A DNA stretch of 64,000 bases from Candidatus Latescibacterota bacterium (GTDB lineage Bacteria > Latescibacterota > UBA2968 > GCA-2709665): the NCBI GenBank assembly GCA_965222075.1, contig OZ244937.1, positions 3,648,001 through 3,712,000 on the forward strand, in the 5' to 3' direction. Below the pieces are notes generated by a model that saw only the letters and a program-made list of their open reading frames with translations, made no database searches and was not told the DNA's origin. The translations under genes and the position numbers were made by a program. Shown here piece after piece: positions 50,336 through 60,692 of the stretch; the first letter of the stretch is position 1; every line of letters starts with the position of its first letter.

Positions 50336-51877
50336 TCAAGTTTTAAATTCGCCGGTGATATCTACATTCCGTTTGCGGGAATAGATCCGGTAGACATCGA
50401 TCGGGAGGTCTGGATCCATCTCCACGTTCAGCCAGACCCTTGTGGACCTGCGAACCCGCTTCAGGCGCTCTTTCCGGCTTTCCAGCATATATTCACCCAC
50501 CGTGGGGTTGACCCGCACCGTGAGCCGGCGTTCCGAGGACGCTGCCCAGGAGCGTTTGAGCCACCGCTCGATTCGGGCCAAGGTGGTTTCCCGGCTGGCC
50601 ATACGTCCCGTTCCCTTGCAGGTGGGGCAGGACTCACTGAAGGTAAAGAGCAGGCTGGGGCGTACCCGCTGGCGGGTCATCTCCATCAGCCCGAACTCGC
50701 TGATCTCCGAGGTTCGGGGCCTGGAGCGGTCTCGCCGGATGGCCTGGCGGAACTCCTCTTCCACCTTTTTTCGGTTTTGGGGGAGCATCATGTCGATAAA
50801 GTCGATCACGATGATGCCCCCGATGTCCCTCAAACGGAGCTGCCGGGCAATCTCTCTTGCCGCTTCCAGGTTGATTTTAAGGACCGTCTCTTCCTGGTTC
50901 GTGCGTCCTACGTAGCGCCCGCTGTTCACGTCAATCGCCACCAGGGCCTCGGTGTGGTCCAGCACCAGGTAGCTGCCCCCCTTGAGCCAGACTTTTCGGT
51001 CGGAACATTTTTCGATTTCGTCCTCGATGCCGAAGGCGTCGAAGATGGGGGCTTTATCTTTGTAGTATTCCACCTGATCGCGCAGGTGCGGAGATGTGGT
51101 TTTGAGGTAGTTGAGGATCTGCTTGTACTCCCGTTTGGAGTCCACGACCAGCCGGTCCACGTCGTTGGTAAAGAGGTCCCGGATGAGGCTGGTGGTCATG
51201 CCCATCTCTTTGTGGATCAGGAATGGCGCGTCTGTTTTTTGGACCTGCTTCTGGATTTGCGACCAGGTTCCCAACAACCGCTTCAGGTCCCGACCGAGTT
51301 CCCGATCGCCTTTTCCCGAGGCCTCGGTGCGGACGATGATTCCGTACCCGTCGGGTTTGAGATCCCGGGTGATGTCTTTCAGCCTGCGTTTTTCGGCCCA
51401 GTTGGTGATCTTCCGGGAGACGCCTATTTTTTCCCCATTGGGCACCAATACCATGAAACGCCCTGCCAGGGAGGGGACGGCGGTTACGCGGGGGCCCTTG
51501 GTGCCGATCGGCTCTTTTTTGACCTGTACCAGGATATCCTGCCCTTTTTGGACCAGTTCTTCAATGGGAACAATGGTCCTGCCCCTGGGATTGGTTCGGA
51601 TGTCCACCTCTTCCAGGGTTTCTTCGTCTAAGTCCACCATCGATCCGGGCGATCCGGGCATGTCCGAGATGTGGAGAAAGGCGCTCTTGTCGTGTCCGAT
51701 ATCGACAAATGCGGCCTGCATACCCGGAAGGACCGCAGCGGTTGTGCCTTTGTAAACATTGCCCACCATCCGCTCATTTTCGGCGAACTCTGCCAGGATT
51801 TCGACGAGTTTCCCTTCCTCCAGAATCGCAATTCTGGACTCATGAGAGCCAACATTGATAATCATTTCGGTCTTCAC
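50336..51877 (-). CDS. Rne/Rng-family ribonuclease
   Basis: GNVYKG, AAFVDIG, TEALVAIDVNSG and RLRDIGGIIVIDFIDM motifs, CPTC Zn-link. Confidence 0.95.
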   Translation of the reverse strand: MKTEMIINVGSHESRIAILEEGKLVEILAEFAENERMVGNVYKGTTAAVLPGMQAAFVDIGHDKSAFLHISDMPGSPGSMVDLDEETLEEVDIRTNPRGRTIVPIEELVQKGQDILVQVKKEPIGTKGPRVTAVPSLAGRFMVLVPNGEKIGVSRKITNWAEKRRLKDITRDLKPDGYGIIVRTEASGKGDRELGRDLKRLLGTWSQIQKQVQKTDAPFLIHKEMGMTTSLIRDLFTNDVDRLVVDSKREYKQILNYLKTTSPHLRDQVEYYKDKAPIFDAFGIEDEIEKCSDRKVWLKGGSYLVLDHTEALVAIDVNSGRYVGRTNQEETVLKINLEAAREIARQLRLRDIGGIIVIDFIDMMLPQNRKKVEEEFRQAIRRDRSRPRTSEISEFGLMEMTRQRVRPSLLFTFSESCPTCKGTGRMASRETTLARIERWLKRSWAASSERRLTVRVNPTVGEYMLESRKERLKRVRRSTRVWLNVEMDPDLPIDVYRIYSRKRNVDITGEFKT

Positions 51878-52147
51878 ACGTGCCTCCACCCACCTTCACG
51901 GAAATCGCGTCCGGAGGGGGTTGACGGCGCAGACTGCGTGGCTCTCCGGACCGCGTTATTACCACGTAGTCTGCAAGACGATTGGGATCATGATAACTGT
52001 ATGAGATAGTTATAAGTTATATAAAAATAATAAAATGTCCACGTATAGACAAGGGAAAAGTGCGCGTCAGGGGCCGGTGGGGGCACTTGCGGATTGCGGA
52101 ATGAAGGCTTTTGAATCCGAAACCCGCAATGGGTTGGGAGAACCACC

Positions 52148-52885
52148 TTATGTTGCGACCACGCGTCTTGGGAAGATGGTGATTTCTTCGACGACCGCGC
52201 GGTTGGGCAGCTGGGCCACCATGAGGGCTGCGGCGGCAACGTCTTCGGCGTGCAGGGCGGCTGCGCGCTGTTGCGGAGAAACAGGGACCGGCCGGACGTC
52301 CAGGATGGGGGTATCCACCTCTCCGGGGTAGATGCAGCAGGCCCGGATGCCCGTCTCACGGAGTTCGGCGTTGATGGACTGGGTCAGGGAGGCCATTCCG
52401 AACTTGGAGGCGCTGTAGGCGGCGCCTCCGACCACGCCCGCCCGTTTCCCAGCCATAGAAGAGATGTTGATGACGACCCCACCCCCCTGCTCTTCCATCT
52501 GGGGGAGGACTGCCCGGAAGGCGTTGAAGGCCCCGGTGAGGTTGACCTGGATCACCCGGTCCCAGTCACCATCGGAGATATCCTTCAGGCCGCGTTTGGC
52601 GGTGTTGACGCCGGCGTTGTTGACCAGGATGTCGATTCGGCCGAACCGTTCTACGGTCCGGTCGGTTAGAGCCCGGACCGAGGGGCGGTCGGTTACGTCG
52701 GCGGGCAAGGCAAGGGGGTCAGATCCGATCCGGCGGATGCGGGCGGCGGTCTCTTCGAGGGCTTCCGCCCGCCGCCCGGCCAGGGCGATGTCTATGCCGG
52801 CCTGTGCAAATACAACGGCGATGGCCTGCCCAATACCGCTGCCCGCGCCGGTGACGATGGCCGTTCTTGTTTCTGGGGCTTTCAT
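52148..52885 (-). CDS. SDR-family oxidoreductase
   Basis: TGAGSGIG, NNAG and YSASK motifs. Confidence 0.92.
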   Translation of the reverse strand: MKAPETRTAIVTGAGSGIGQAIAVVFAQAGIDIALAGRRAEALEETAARIRRIGSDPLALPADVTDRPSVRALTDRTVERFGRIDILVNNAGVNTAKRGLKDISDGDWDRVIQVNLTGAFNAFRAVLPQMEEQGGGVVINISSMAGKRAGVVGGAAYSASKFGMASLTQSINAELRETGIRACCIYPGEVDTPILDVRPVPVSPQQRAAALHAEDVAAAALMVAQLPNRAVVEEITIFPRRVVAT

Positions 52886-53241
52886 GATTTATCGACCTCC
52901 TGGACTGGAAAATTTACAAAAACGCCACGGAATGAAGGCGAGTAATTCGAGCCTGACACGGAAGGGAAGGGTGATGCTGGAATCGCAGCGTGGGGAATTT
53001 CGATGATCAGAACAAACTCGAATGTAAAAAATCTTCAGGAGGGCGTCAAGAGGGAAAGGGGGTAGGGATGCAGGCGTGCGACGTGTGGACCGGGTTCAAA
53101 GGAACGTGACATCCTGTTTCAGATTGTGTATATTTATGTCTGATCGAGATATAGACCTTATGGTTTTCAAACCCTGTCCTCCGCGTCTCCGCGGTGGTTA
53201 CTACCCTGTTTTGTTCCACTGGAAGGTGAGGGTTGTGCGGT

Positions 53242-54468
53242 ATGGATATGATTGAGATGGACGAGGCGACCCGGATCGTCCTGGCGCACACAGAGCCTGT
53301 GGATGTGGTTGCGCTGGATCTGATGGACGCGCTGGGCCGGACGCTGGCCGAAGACGTGCGGTCCGATATCGACATGCCGCCCTTTGACAAGGCGATGATG
53401 GACGGGTACGCGGTGGTCGGGGCCGATGTGCGGAACGCTTCCAGAGAGCGTCCTGCGACCTTAGAGGTGGTAGAGGAGATTCCGGCCGGGACCGTGCCCC
53501 GGGTGCTGATTTCGGCGGGGAAGGCGGCCCGGATTATGACGGGCGCGCCGATTCCGGAGGGGGCGGATACGGTGGTGATGGTGGAGGATACGGTGGACGA
53601 GGCGGGCGGGACGCAGGTGAAGGTCCTGGATGTCACGGAGACGGGGGAGCATATTGCGCTGCTGGGGGAAGACGTGCGGCGCGATCAGGTTGTGCTTGAG
53701 GCGGGCGCGTTGATCCGGCCGGCGGAGATCGGCATTCTTGCGGCGGTAGGCACGGTGCGGCCGGTGGTCTACCGGCAGCCGGTGGTGGGGGTGGTGGCCA
53801 CGGGGAGTGAGATTGTGGAGCCGGAAAAAGCGCCGGCGCCCGGGCAGATCCGGAACAGCAACGGGTACTCGATGGGGGCGCAGGTTGTGCGGGCGGGGGC
53901 CTGGGCGCGGTATCTGGGGATTGTGGAAGATGACGAGGCGGAGTTGAAACGGGTGATCGGGCAGGGGCTGGAGGAATGCGATATTCTGATGCTGTCGGGG
54001 GGCGTTTCCGCAGGGGTGTACGACCTGGTCCAGAAAACGATGCGAGAGATGGGAGTCGAGGTGTTTTTCGACCGGATACGGATGAAGCCGGGCAAGCCGC
54101 TGACGTTTGGGGCCAAAGGGAAAAAGCTGGTTTTCGGGCTGCCGGGCAATCCGGTGTCTTCGGTGGTGGGGCTGGAACTGCTGGTTAGGCCGGCGGTTCG
54201 CAAGATGCAGCAGATGGGCGACCCGCACCGCCCGGTGGTAAAGGGACGGCTCGTGGACGGCTTCCGCCAGACACCGGGGCGCAAGCAGTTTGTTCCGGCC
54301 TGGAGCGAGCAGCGCGACGGCCTCTGGCAGAGCCGCTGGGTGGGCCACCACGGGTCGGCGGATCTGTTTTCGCTTTCCCAGGCGAACAGCCTGTTTGTGG
54401 TGGAGGCGGAGGTGGAGGCGCTGGAGGCGGGGGCGGAAGTTGAGATTGTTCTTTTGACGGAATGGTAA
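53242..54468 (+). CDS. moeA: Molybdopterin molybdotransferase
   Basis: PPFD..MDGYA, IMTGA, SGGVS, KPGKP and GLPGNP motifs. Confidence 0.95.
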   Translation: MDMIEMDEATRIVLAHTEPVDVVALDLMDALGRTLAEDVRSDIDMPPFDKAMMDGYAVVGADVRNASRERPATLEVVEEIPAGTVPRVLISAGKAARIMTGAPIPEGADTVVMVEDTVDEAGGTQVKVLDVTETGEHIALLGEDVRRDQVVLEAGALIRPAEIGILAAVGTVRPVVYRQPVVGVVATGSEIVEPEKAPAPGQIRNSNGYSMGAQVVRAGAWARYLGIVEDDEAELKRVIGQGLEECDILMLSGGVSAGVYDLVQKTMREMGVEVFFDRIRMKPGKPLTFGAKGKKLVFGLPGNPVSSVVGLELLVRPAVRKMQQMGDPHRPVVKGRLVDGFRQTPGRKQFVPAWSEQRDGLWQSRWVGHHGSADLFSLSQANSLFVVEAEVEALEAGAEVEIVLLTEW

Positions 54469-54488
54469 GAGATAGGGTTTGACGATCT

Positions 54489-54947
54489 ATGTCAAAATTG
54501 ACCCATGTTGCCGAGGATGGGGCGGTTCGGATGGTGGATGTGACGGAGAAGGGGGTGACGGATCGGGAGGCGGTTGCGGGCGGGGAGATTTTGATGGACG
54601 CCCGGACCGTGCAGCTGGTCAGCCGGGGCGGCCTTCCTAAGGGAAATGTGCTGGAGACGGCGCGGATTGCCGGGATTATGGCGGCCAAGCGCACGGCCGA
54701 GTGGATTCCCCTGTGCCATCCGCTCTCGATTACAGGGATTGACCTCAGGTTTGAGGTGGGGCGGAAGCGAATTGAAGCGACGGCCCGGGTGCGGGTACCG
54801 GGCCGGACCGGAGTTGAGATGGAGGCGCTGACGGCTGTAAGCGCGGCCCTGCTTACGGTTTACGATATGTGCAAGGCTGTGGACAAAAGCATGGTCATTG
54901 GCAACATCCGACTTTTGAAAAAGCGGGGCGGCCGCAGCGATAGCTGA
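54489..54947 (+). CDS. moaC: Cyclic pyranopterin monophosphate synthase
   Basis: MVDV, IPLCHP, TGVEMEAL and YDMCKAVD motifs. Confidence 0.96.
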   Translation: MSKLTHVAEDGAVRMVDVTEKGVTDREAVAGGEILMDARTVQLVSRGGLPKGNVLETARIAGIMAAKRTAEWIPLCHPLSITGIDLRFEVGRKRIEATARVRVPGRTGVEMEALTAVSAALLTVYDMCKAVDKSMVIGNIRLLKKRGGRSDS

Positions 54948-55030
54948 AAAGGGTGGCGCGCCTGACAGAGAAGGCGGAGTTAAAAGGCGCTTCAGGCGCG
55001 AAAGGAGTCTTAGGGCGTCTGACAAAGCGC

Positions 55031-55059
55031 TTGACAAAGGGCGGGTTGTTCCTTAAGTT
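55031..55059 (+). promoter_or_regulatory. Sigma70-type promoter for tRNA-Lys
   Basis: TTGACA-17 nt-TAAGTT. Confidence 0.6.
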
Positions 55060-55094
55060 TTTCTCCCGTTTAAGGATTCCTGGCGTTTTCTGAT

Positions 55095-55167
<73 letters not shown>

Positions 55168-55249
55168 CTATATAGCTCTATAAAAAACCGGACCAGTTCC
55201 AGGGTGCCTGGCCCGATATCCTCCCCAACGATACGCCCCTCCCAAGAAG

Positions 55250-57478
55250 ATGGACCACGAACGACACCTTAGCCTATTCGGAGCCACTGCGCTCGGGGTC
55301 GGTGCGATCGTGGGCGGCGGCATCCTTGCACTGGCCGGCATCGCCTTTGCGACGACCGGGCCGAGTGCAATTGTTGCCTTCGGCCTGAACGGCGCCATCG
55401 CGTTCATCACTGCCGCGAGTTTTGCCCAACAGGTCCGACGCTTCCCCGAGTCGGGCGGGCTGTACATCTACGCCAAAAAAGTGCTTTCGATCGAGGTCGC
55501 CTTCCTGATGGGGTGGGTCGTGTGGTTTGCCTCGATCCTGGCGGGCGTCCTGTATGCGCTGGGCTTCGCGGCCTTCGCGCTCGAGGGTCTCGGCCGTGCT
55601 CTCCAGATCCTGGGAAGGTCCGCCGATTGGGTGCAGGGATCCGCTCTGGCGCTCGGAATGGCTGTGGCGGCGACGGCTCTCTACACGACCGGGCTCATGC
55701 GAACTCCCGGGGGCCGAGGCAATGCGGCGACGATCGGAAAGGTGATCGTGTTCGCGATCCTGTTGGGAGGGGGCGCATGGGCATGGGCAGGCGACTCGCC
55801 CCTCGTGCTCCTGGACCGCCTTCGTCCCTTCCTTTCCGCCGGTCCCATAGGCCTGATCCAGGCCATGGGCTACACGTTCATCGCCCTCCAGGGCTTCGAT
55901 CTGATAGCTTCGGTGGCTGGCGAGGTTCGTGATCCAACCCGGACCGTGCCACGTGCCATGTATCTGTCCCTTGGCCTGGCGCTTGTGATCTACCTGCCGC
56001 TCCTCTTTCTACTGGCCACCGTCGGCGCCCCCGAGACGGGCGGGATCGGTCCCGCGGCCGCATCAAATCCCGAGGGCCTCGTGGCTGAGGCTGCGGAGCG
56101 GTTTCTTGGAGCCAGCGGCTATTGGCTGGTCATAGGCGCGGGAGTGCTCAGCATGCTGTCGGCGCTGCGCGCGAATCTGCTTGCAGCCTCGCGGGTTGCC
56201 TTCGCGATGGCCCGGGACCGCACCCTGCCTGGTAGACTTGGGCGGATTCGCACTCCCTCCGGGACACCCGCCGCCGCGGTCGCCGTCACCGGGGCGCTGC
56301 TGGCAGCGATCTCCCTGGCGGTTGGTAATGTCGCCGTTGCCGGGGCCGCTTCCAGCCTCATCTTTCTCATCAGCTTCGCAATGGTTCACTGGACGTCGAT
56401 CCTGGCCGCACGTCGGTCCGGTCAGCTCCGGTCTTCCTGGATCCCTCTCGTCGGGGCGGCACTTTGCCTGAGCATGGCCGTCTTTCAGGCTCTCGTGGTG
56501 CCCTCCGCGGGAAGTGTCGTCCTTTATCTTCTGGTTGTTGGCGCGGCCCTTTATCTGACCCTGTTCGCTTCGGGCGCGCGGCTCGCCGACGTCAGGGCGG
56601 AAGCACGGGACCCGGATCTCGCGCGTTTGCGCGGCCGGAGCCCTTTGGTCCTGGTTCCGATTGCCAACCCGGCCAGCGCGGCCAGCCTCGTCGATGTCGC
56701 GGGTACACTGCGGACGCCCGGCACCGGCCGCGTCCTGCTGCTTTCCATCGTCCGTCCCACGGACGAGAAGCTCAATGTAGACCATCCCGCACTCCGAGAC
56801 GCAGAGGCGGTGCTGGCGGAGTCTCTGCAACACAGCCTCAGGAGCTCACTGGTCGCGGAAACGCTCTTTACGATCGCCCCGGACATATGGGCGGAGATCT
56901 CCAGAGTTGCCGGGCTCCACAACTGCGAGACGGTGCTGCTGGGACTTCCGAACCTGACGGGACCCGGGATCGGAGCAAAGTTGGAGGTTTTGATCGCGGG
57001 ACTGGAGGCCGATGTGGTCGTTCTGCGAGCCCCTCGCAGGTGGCGAATGGATAGCGCACGCCGCGTGCTGGTTCCGGTGGCCGGGCATGCTCATCACAGC
57101 CGGTTGCGAGCTCGGTTGATCGCAAGCCTCTCTCGATCCGGGCAGCGATCTTTGACCTTCCTCGGGATTGTTCGCGGAGGCGCGCCTCCCGAAAAGCGGA
57201 TGCGTTTCGAGCGCGATCTCAGGGTGCTCGTCGCTGATGAGGCGATGGGCGAGTGTGAGGTCGTGATCGACGAGGCCAGCCGACCCATTGACGGAATCAT
57301 CCGCCACGCGGCAGATGCGGATCTGATCATCCTGGGTATGCATCGACCCGATCGCGCCGCACGGGCGCTCGGTGGGCTACTCCTTGATCTATCTCAACAG
57401 ACGAACGTTCCCATTGTGGTCATCGGGGGGCGCTCGCGCCGGGGATCTGGCCTCGGGCCGTGGAGGCTGACCGGGTGA
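55250..57478 (+). CDS. APC-family amino-acid permease with C-terminal USP-like domains
   Basis: GAIVGGGI, PESGG, GFDLIA.VAGEV and ASRVAFAMARD motifs; VLVPIANP and RVLVPVAG USP-like strands. Confidence 0.9.
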   Translation: MDHERHLSLFGATALGVGAIVGGGILALAGIAFATTGPSAIVAFGLNGAIAFITAASFAQQVRRFPESGGLYIYAKKVLSIEVAFLMGWVVWFASILAGVLYALGFAAFALEGLGRALQILGRSADWVQGSALALGMAVAATALYTTGLMRTPGGRGNAATIGKVIVFAILLGGGAWAWAGDSPLVLLDRLRPFLSAGPIGLIQAMGYTFIALQGFDLIASVAGEVRDPTRTVPRAMYLSLGLALVIYLPLLFLLATVGAPETGGIGPAAASNPEGLVAEAAERFLGASGYWLVIGAGVLSMLSALRANLLAASRVAFAMARDRTLPGRLGRIRTPSGTPAAAVAVTGALLAAISLAVGNVAVAGAASSLIFLISFAMVHWTSILAARRSGQLRSSWIPLVGAALCLSMAVFQALVVPSAGSVVLYLLVVGAALYLTLFASGARLADVRAEARDPDLARLRGRSPLVLVPIANPASAASLVDVAGTLRTPGTGRVLLLSIVRPTDEKLNVDHPALRDAEAVLAESLQHSLRSSLVAETLFTIAPDIWAEISRVAGLHNCETVLLGLPNLTGPGIGAKLEVLIAGLEADVVVLRAPRRWRMDSARRVLVPVAGHAHHSRLRARLIASLSRSGQRSLTFLGIVRGGAPPEKRMRFERDLRVLVADEAMGECEVVIDEASRPIDGIIRHAADADLIILGMHRPDRAARALGGLLLDLSQQTNVPIVVIGGRSRRGSGLGPWRLTG

Positions 57479-57599
57479 TCGGTTTACCTGCGCGACCGGG
57501 CCCCGAGCGGATTCTCCAGTATGTAAAACGAAATCCGGCGCTCCCCCGAGAGCTACCGATAGGGCTATCCACAGCCCCCGGGGATTGCCCCCTCGGGGG

Positions 57600-57708
57600 C
57601 TTGTCGTATCCGGACAAAGCCATCCGACTCCCTCTCGCCGACTTCCAGACCGGCATCAACCTCGTCGCCGCCGGAGACCGTTCGATCAAAGTCACGCTCA
57701 CGCCATAG
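57600..57708 (+). pseudogene. C-terminal fragment of an MDR (polyol-type) dehydrogenase
   Basis: Reads ...YPDKAIRLPLADFQTGINLVAAGDRSIKVTLTP*, a typical MDR C-terminus without the rest of the gene. Confidence 0.45.
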
Positions 57709-57721
57709 AAAGGACAGCGGC

Positions 57722-59794
57722 ATGGCCTATCGCCAAAAAATCACCATCAACCACACCAGCGTCTCCAACCGGGACCTGACCGACTTCCCCCTCCTCATCG
57801 CCCTGGAGGACGCCGCGCTGAGGGCGGCGTCTCAGGGCGGCCACGTCGTCCGAGAGGACGACATCTACTTTGTCGCTTCGGATGGCGCCCGCCTGGACCA
57901 CGAAATCAAGCGCTATGACCCTTCCACCGGATGCCTGAAAGCCTGGGTCAGAATACCGACCCTCTCGCATACTGCCGACACCGAAATCTACCTCTGTTAC
58001 GGCCAGGAGAACGCCGCGTCTCAAAGCCCCGGAGCGGTCTGGGACGCGCACAACAAACTGGTCCGTCACCCGAACACAGCGCCGGGAGGTCACGAGGCCG
58101 TTCCCCACAGCGATGACCTGAACATCGCCGGCGCCATCACGGTCGAAGCCTGGTTCCACAGCGACGAATCCAAATCCGACGCCTTTCAGACCCTCGTCTC
58201 CAAGTGGTCCCTCCGGTCCACCATGGACGCCTTCGAGTCCTGCGATGCCGGAAACACGGACGGTTTGAACACCAGGGGATACTTCGGCGCCGTCTGCGAC
58301 GGGCGCTACGTCTACTTCTCCCCCCAGTTCAACGGCGACGAACGTCACGGAGAGGCCCTGAGGTACGACACCCACGGAGACTTCAACAAAAGCGAAAGCT
58401 GGGAGGCCTACAGCGCTGGAAACACCTCCGGATTGAAGACAAAAGGGTATTACGGCGTCGTTCACGCCGGGCGCTATATCTACTACATCCCCCGCAGCGA
58501 CGGGGAAACCCTCCACAGCAGGATGCTGCGCTACGACACCCGGGGCGACTTCAAAGACCCGGAGCGTTGGTCCGCGTTCGACATCGGCAACCCCGTCTCC
58601 TATCAAAGCGCCGTCTACGACGGGCGCTACATCTACCTGGTCCCGGGCTCTGAAGAGGAGGGAGGGGAAAGCGGCAAAGCCGCAAGATACGACACGCAGG
58701 GAGAATTCACAACCCCCTCAAACTACCTCACTTACGACGCCGCAAACACCGCCGGCCTGGACTGTGGAAGCTATGACGGCGCCTGTTTTGACGGACGCTA
58801 CGTCTACTATGCCCCCCTCAACGACAGGGGCATTGTCCTCAGGCACGACACCGGGGGCGACTTCACCGCCCCGGAAAGCTGGACCGCCATAGACGTCAGC
58901 GCACGCGGAATGCACATGTGTGTCGGCGCCATCTTCGACGGGCGCTACATCTACTATGTCCCCTATGCCCACAGCATAGCCCTCAGATACGACACCCATA
59001 AGGACTTCGAAGACCCGGGCAGCTGGGAGGCCTACAACGCCGGAAACACCGCCGGCCTGAACACAAAGGGCTACGACGGCGCCGCCTTCGACGGGCGCTA
59101 CATCTACTACATCCCATTCTACGAAGGAAGCGAACCCAAGAGTGGGTTCCACTGCCGCGTGCTGCGCTACGACACCCAAAAAGCCTTCCAGCACCCCTCG
59201 GCCTGGGATGCGGCCGATGGGGGAGCGTTTACCGATCCCCCCAATCCGGGCGGCTTCAACGGCGGCGCCTTCGACGGGCGCTACGTCTACTTTGCCCCCT
59301 GGCGCGAAGACCCCGACGAAACCGACACCCGCGACTACACGCCCCACGGCAAAGTGCTCCGCTACGACACGGCGGATCCGGACGCCTCCTTCATCCTCAA
59401 ATACGCCGAATGCGGCCACAACGGCGGCCTCTGCGCCTCCCTGCCGGGCCCAACCTTCTCGGTCAACACCGCCGGCGGGATCTTAAACGTCCGGGCGAAC
59501 CAGACCCTCGATCCGGGCTGGCACCACCTTGCAGGCGTCTACGACGGCGCCCGTCTTACCCTCTATGTGGACGGCAGTTCCGTCAACCAGGCGGAGGGCA
59601 CGGGCTCCGTCCAGACCGGTAAGGCCGACATCGCCATCGGCTGCACTTCGGGCGGAGGCGCCCAATTCAAAGGCAGCATCTCCCACGTCCGGATCTCGGA
59701 CACGGCCAGGGACGCAGACTGGATCCAGACCACTGCCCAGAACCTGAAGAACCCACTCGGATTCGTCCGCGTGGGCCCGGAAGAACAGACATAA
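57722..59794 (+). CDS. DUF2341-like domain plus LamG domain interrupted by seven DGRY(I/V)Y repeats (probable beta-propeller)
   Basis: N-terminal DFPLLI...DIYF...AWVRIP.LS; ITVEAW...SKW, then 7 repeats, then WHHLAGVYDG...LYVDG...FKGSISHVRIS. Confidence 0.8.
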   Translation: MAYRQKITINHTSVSNRDLTDFPLLIALEDAALRAASQGGHVVREDDIYFVASDGARLDHEIKRYDPSTGCLKAWVRIPTLSHTADTEIYLCYGQENAASQSPGAVWDAHNKLVRHPNTAPGGHEAVPHSDDLNIAGAITVEAWFHSDESKSDAFQTLVSKWSLRSTMDAFESCDAGNTDGLNTRGYFGAVCDGRYVYFSPQFNGDERHGEALRYDTHGDFNKSESWEAYSAGNTSGLKTKGYYGVVHAGRYIYYIPRSDGETLHSRMLRYDTRGDFKDPERWSAFDIGNPVSYQSAVYDGRYIYLVPGSEEEGGESGKAARYDTQGEFTTPSNYLTYDAANTAGLDCGSYDGACFDGRYVYYAPLNDRGIVLRHDTGGDFTAPESWTAIDVSARGMHMCVGAIFDGRYIYYVPYAHSIALRYDTHKDFEDPGSWEAYNAGNTAGLNTKGYDGAAFDGRYIYYIPFYEGSEPKSGFHCRVLRYDTQKAFQHPSAWDAADGGAFTDPPNPGGFNGGAFDGRYVYFAPWREDPDETDTRDYTPHGKVLRYDTADPDASFILKYAECGHNGGLCASLPGPTFSVNTAGGILNVRANQTLDPGWHHLAGVYDGARLTLYVDGSSVNQAEGTGSVQTGKADIAIGCTSGGGAQFKGSISHVRISDTARDADWIQTTAQNLKNPLGFVRVGPEEQT

Positions 59795-59870
59795 GTGCGG
59801 AGTGGCAACGCGTGAGATGACTCGGTAGACTGTCCGGCCTCAACGGTAGAGGTATGGGAGCCACGAACCG

Positions 59871-60692
59871 ATGAAGATCAGTCTTATTATCCCCTGTTAC
59901 AACGAGGAAGCATCGATCCAGCCTTTGATCACACAGGTGAGGGAGGCGCTGCGTGCGTTTGAATACGAGGTCGTGCTGGTGGACGATGGCAGCACCGACC
60001 TCACGGCAGAGCGCATCTGCGCCCATGCAGCAGAGCATCCGCACATTCGCCCGGTCTACTTGTGTCGAAACTATGGCCAAACAGCAGCCATGAGTGCGGG
60101 GTTTGACGCGGCCACGGGCGACATTCTTGTACCAATGGATGCCGACCTGCAGCACGACCCTGGCGATATTCCCATCCTGTTGGCGAAATTGGAAGAAGGC
60201 TACGAAGTGGTCAGTGGTTGGCGGAAAGACCGCCACGACCACTGGTCCCGCGTATGGCCATCACGCATTGCGAACGCGCTGGTAAGCTGGATGTCCGGCG
60301 TTCGTTTACACGACTACGGCTGCACGCTTAAGGCCTACCGCCGGGAAGTCCTGGAGTCTGTGCGGCTATACGGCGAAATGCATCGCTTCATTCCGATTTA
60401 TGCACACTGGAATGGCGCCCGGATCACGGAAGTGGAGGTTCACCATCACCCTCGAGCGTATGGCAAATCGAAGTACGGGTTCGGTCGCATTCCAAAGGTC
60501 CTGCTCGACCTGATCGTCATCAAACTGCTGGGCAGTTATTCGACCAAGCCAATCCATCTGTTCGGCCAACTCGGTGGGCTGCTGATGCTGTTGGGCAGTA
60601 TCTGCATTATGGCAACGGCCTATTTCCGGTTCTTTAAACAGATCTACGTTAAGGATCAGCCGTTGTTCCTGGTTGGAATATTTATGTGGTAA
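59871..60692 (+). CDS. GT2 (DPM-synthase/ArnC-like) glycosyltransferase, C-terminally truncated
   Basis: IPCYNE, DDGS, GQTAA, DADLQ and MHRFIP motifs; ends within the second TM segment. Confidence 0.85.
   Translation: MKISLIIPCYNEEASIQPLITQVREALRAFEYEVVLVDDGSTDLTAERICAHAAEHPHIRPVYLCRNYGQTAAMSAGFDAATGDILVPMDADLQHDPGDIPILLAKLEEGYEVVSGWRKDRHDHWSRVWPSRIANALVSWMSGVRLHDYGCTLKAYRREVLESVRLYGEMHRFIPIYAHWNGARITEVEVHHHPRAYGKSKYGFGRIPKVLLDLIVIKLLGSYSTKPIHLFGQLGGLLMLLGSICIMATAYFRFFKQIYVKDQPLFLVGIFMW

Noticed and set aside
54945-54965. TGA at the end of moaC as a possible read-through site
   Set aside because: It lies at the normal C-terminus, not at a conserved Cys, and another stop follows within a few codons.
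58230-59380. Recurrent GACGGGCGCTAC(A/G)TCTAC DNA repeats resembling a CRISPR array or DGR
   Set aside because: They are in-frame protein repeats with long coding spacers. No cas or reverse transcriptase gene is in the window.
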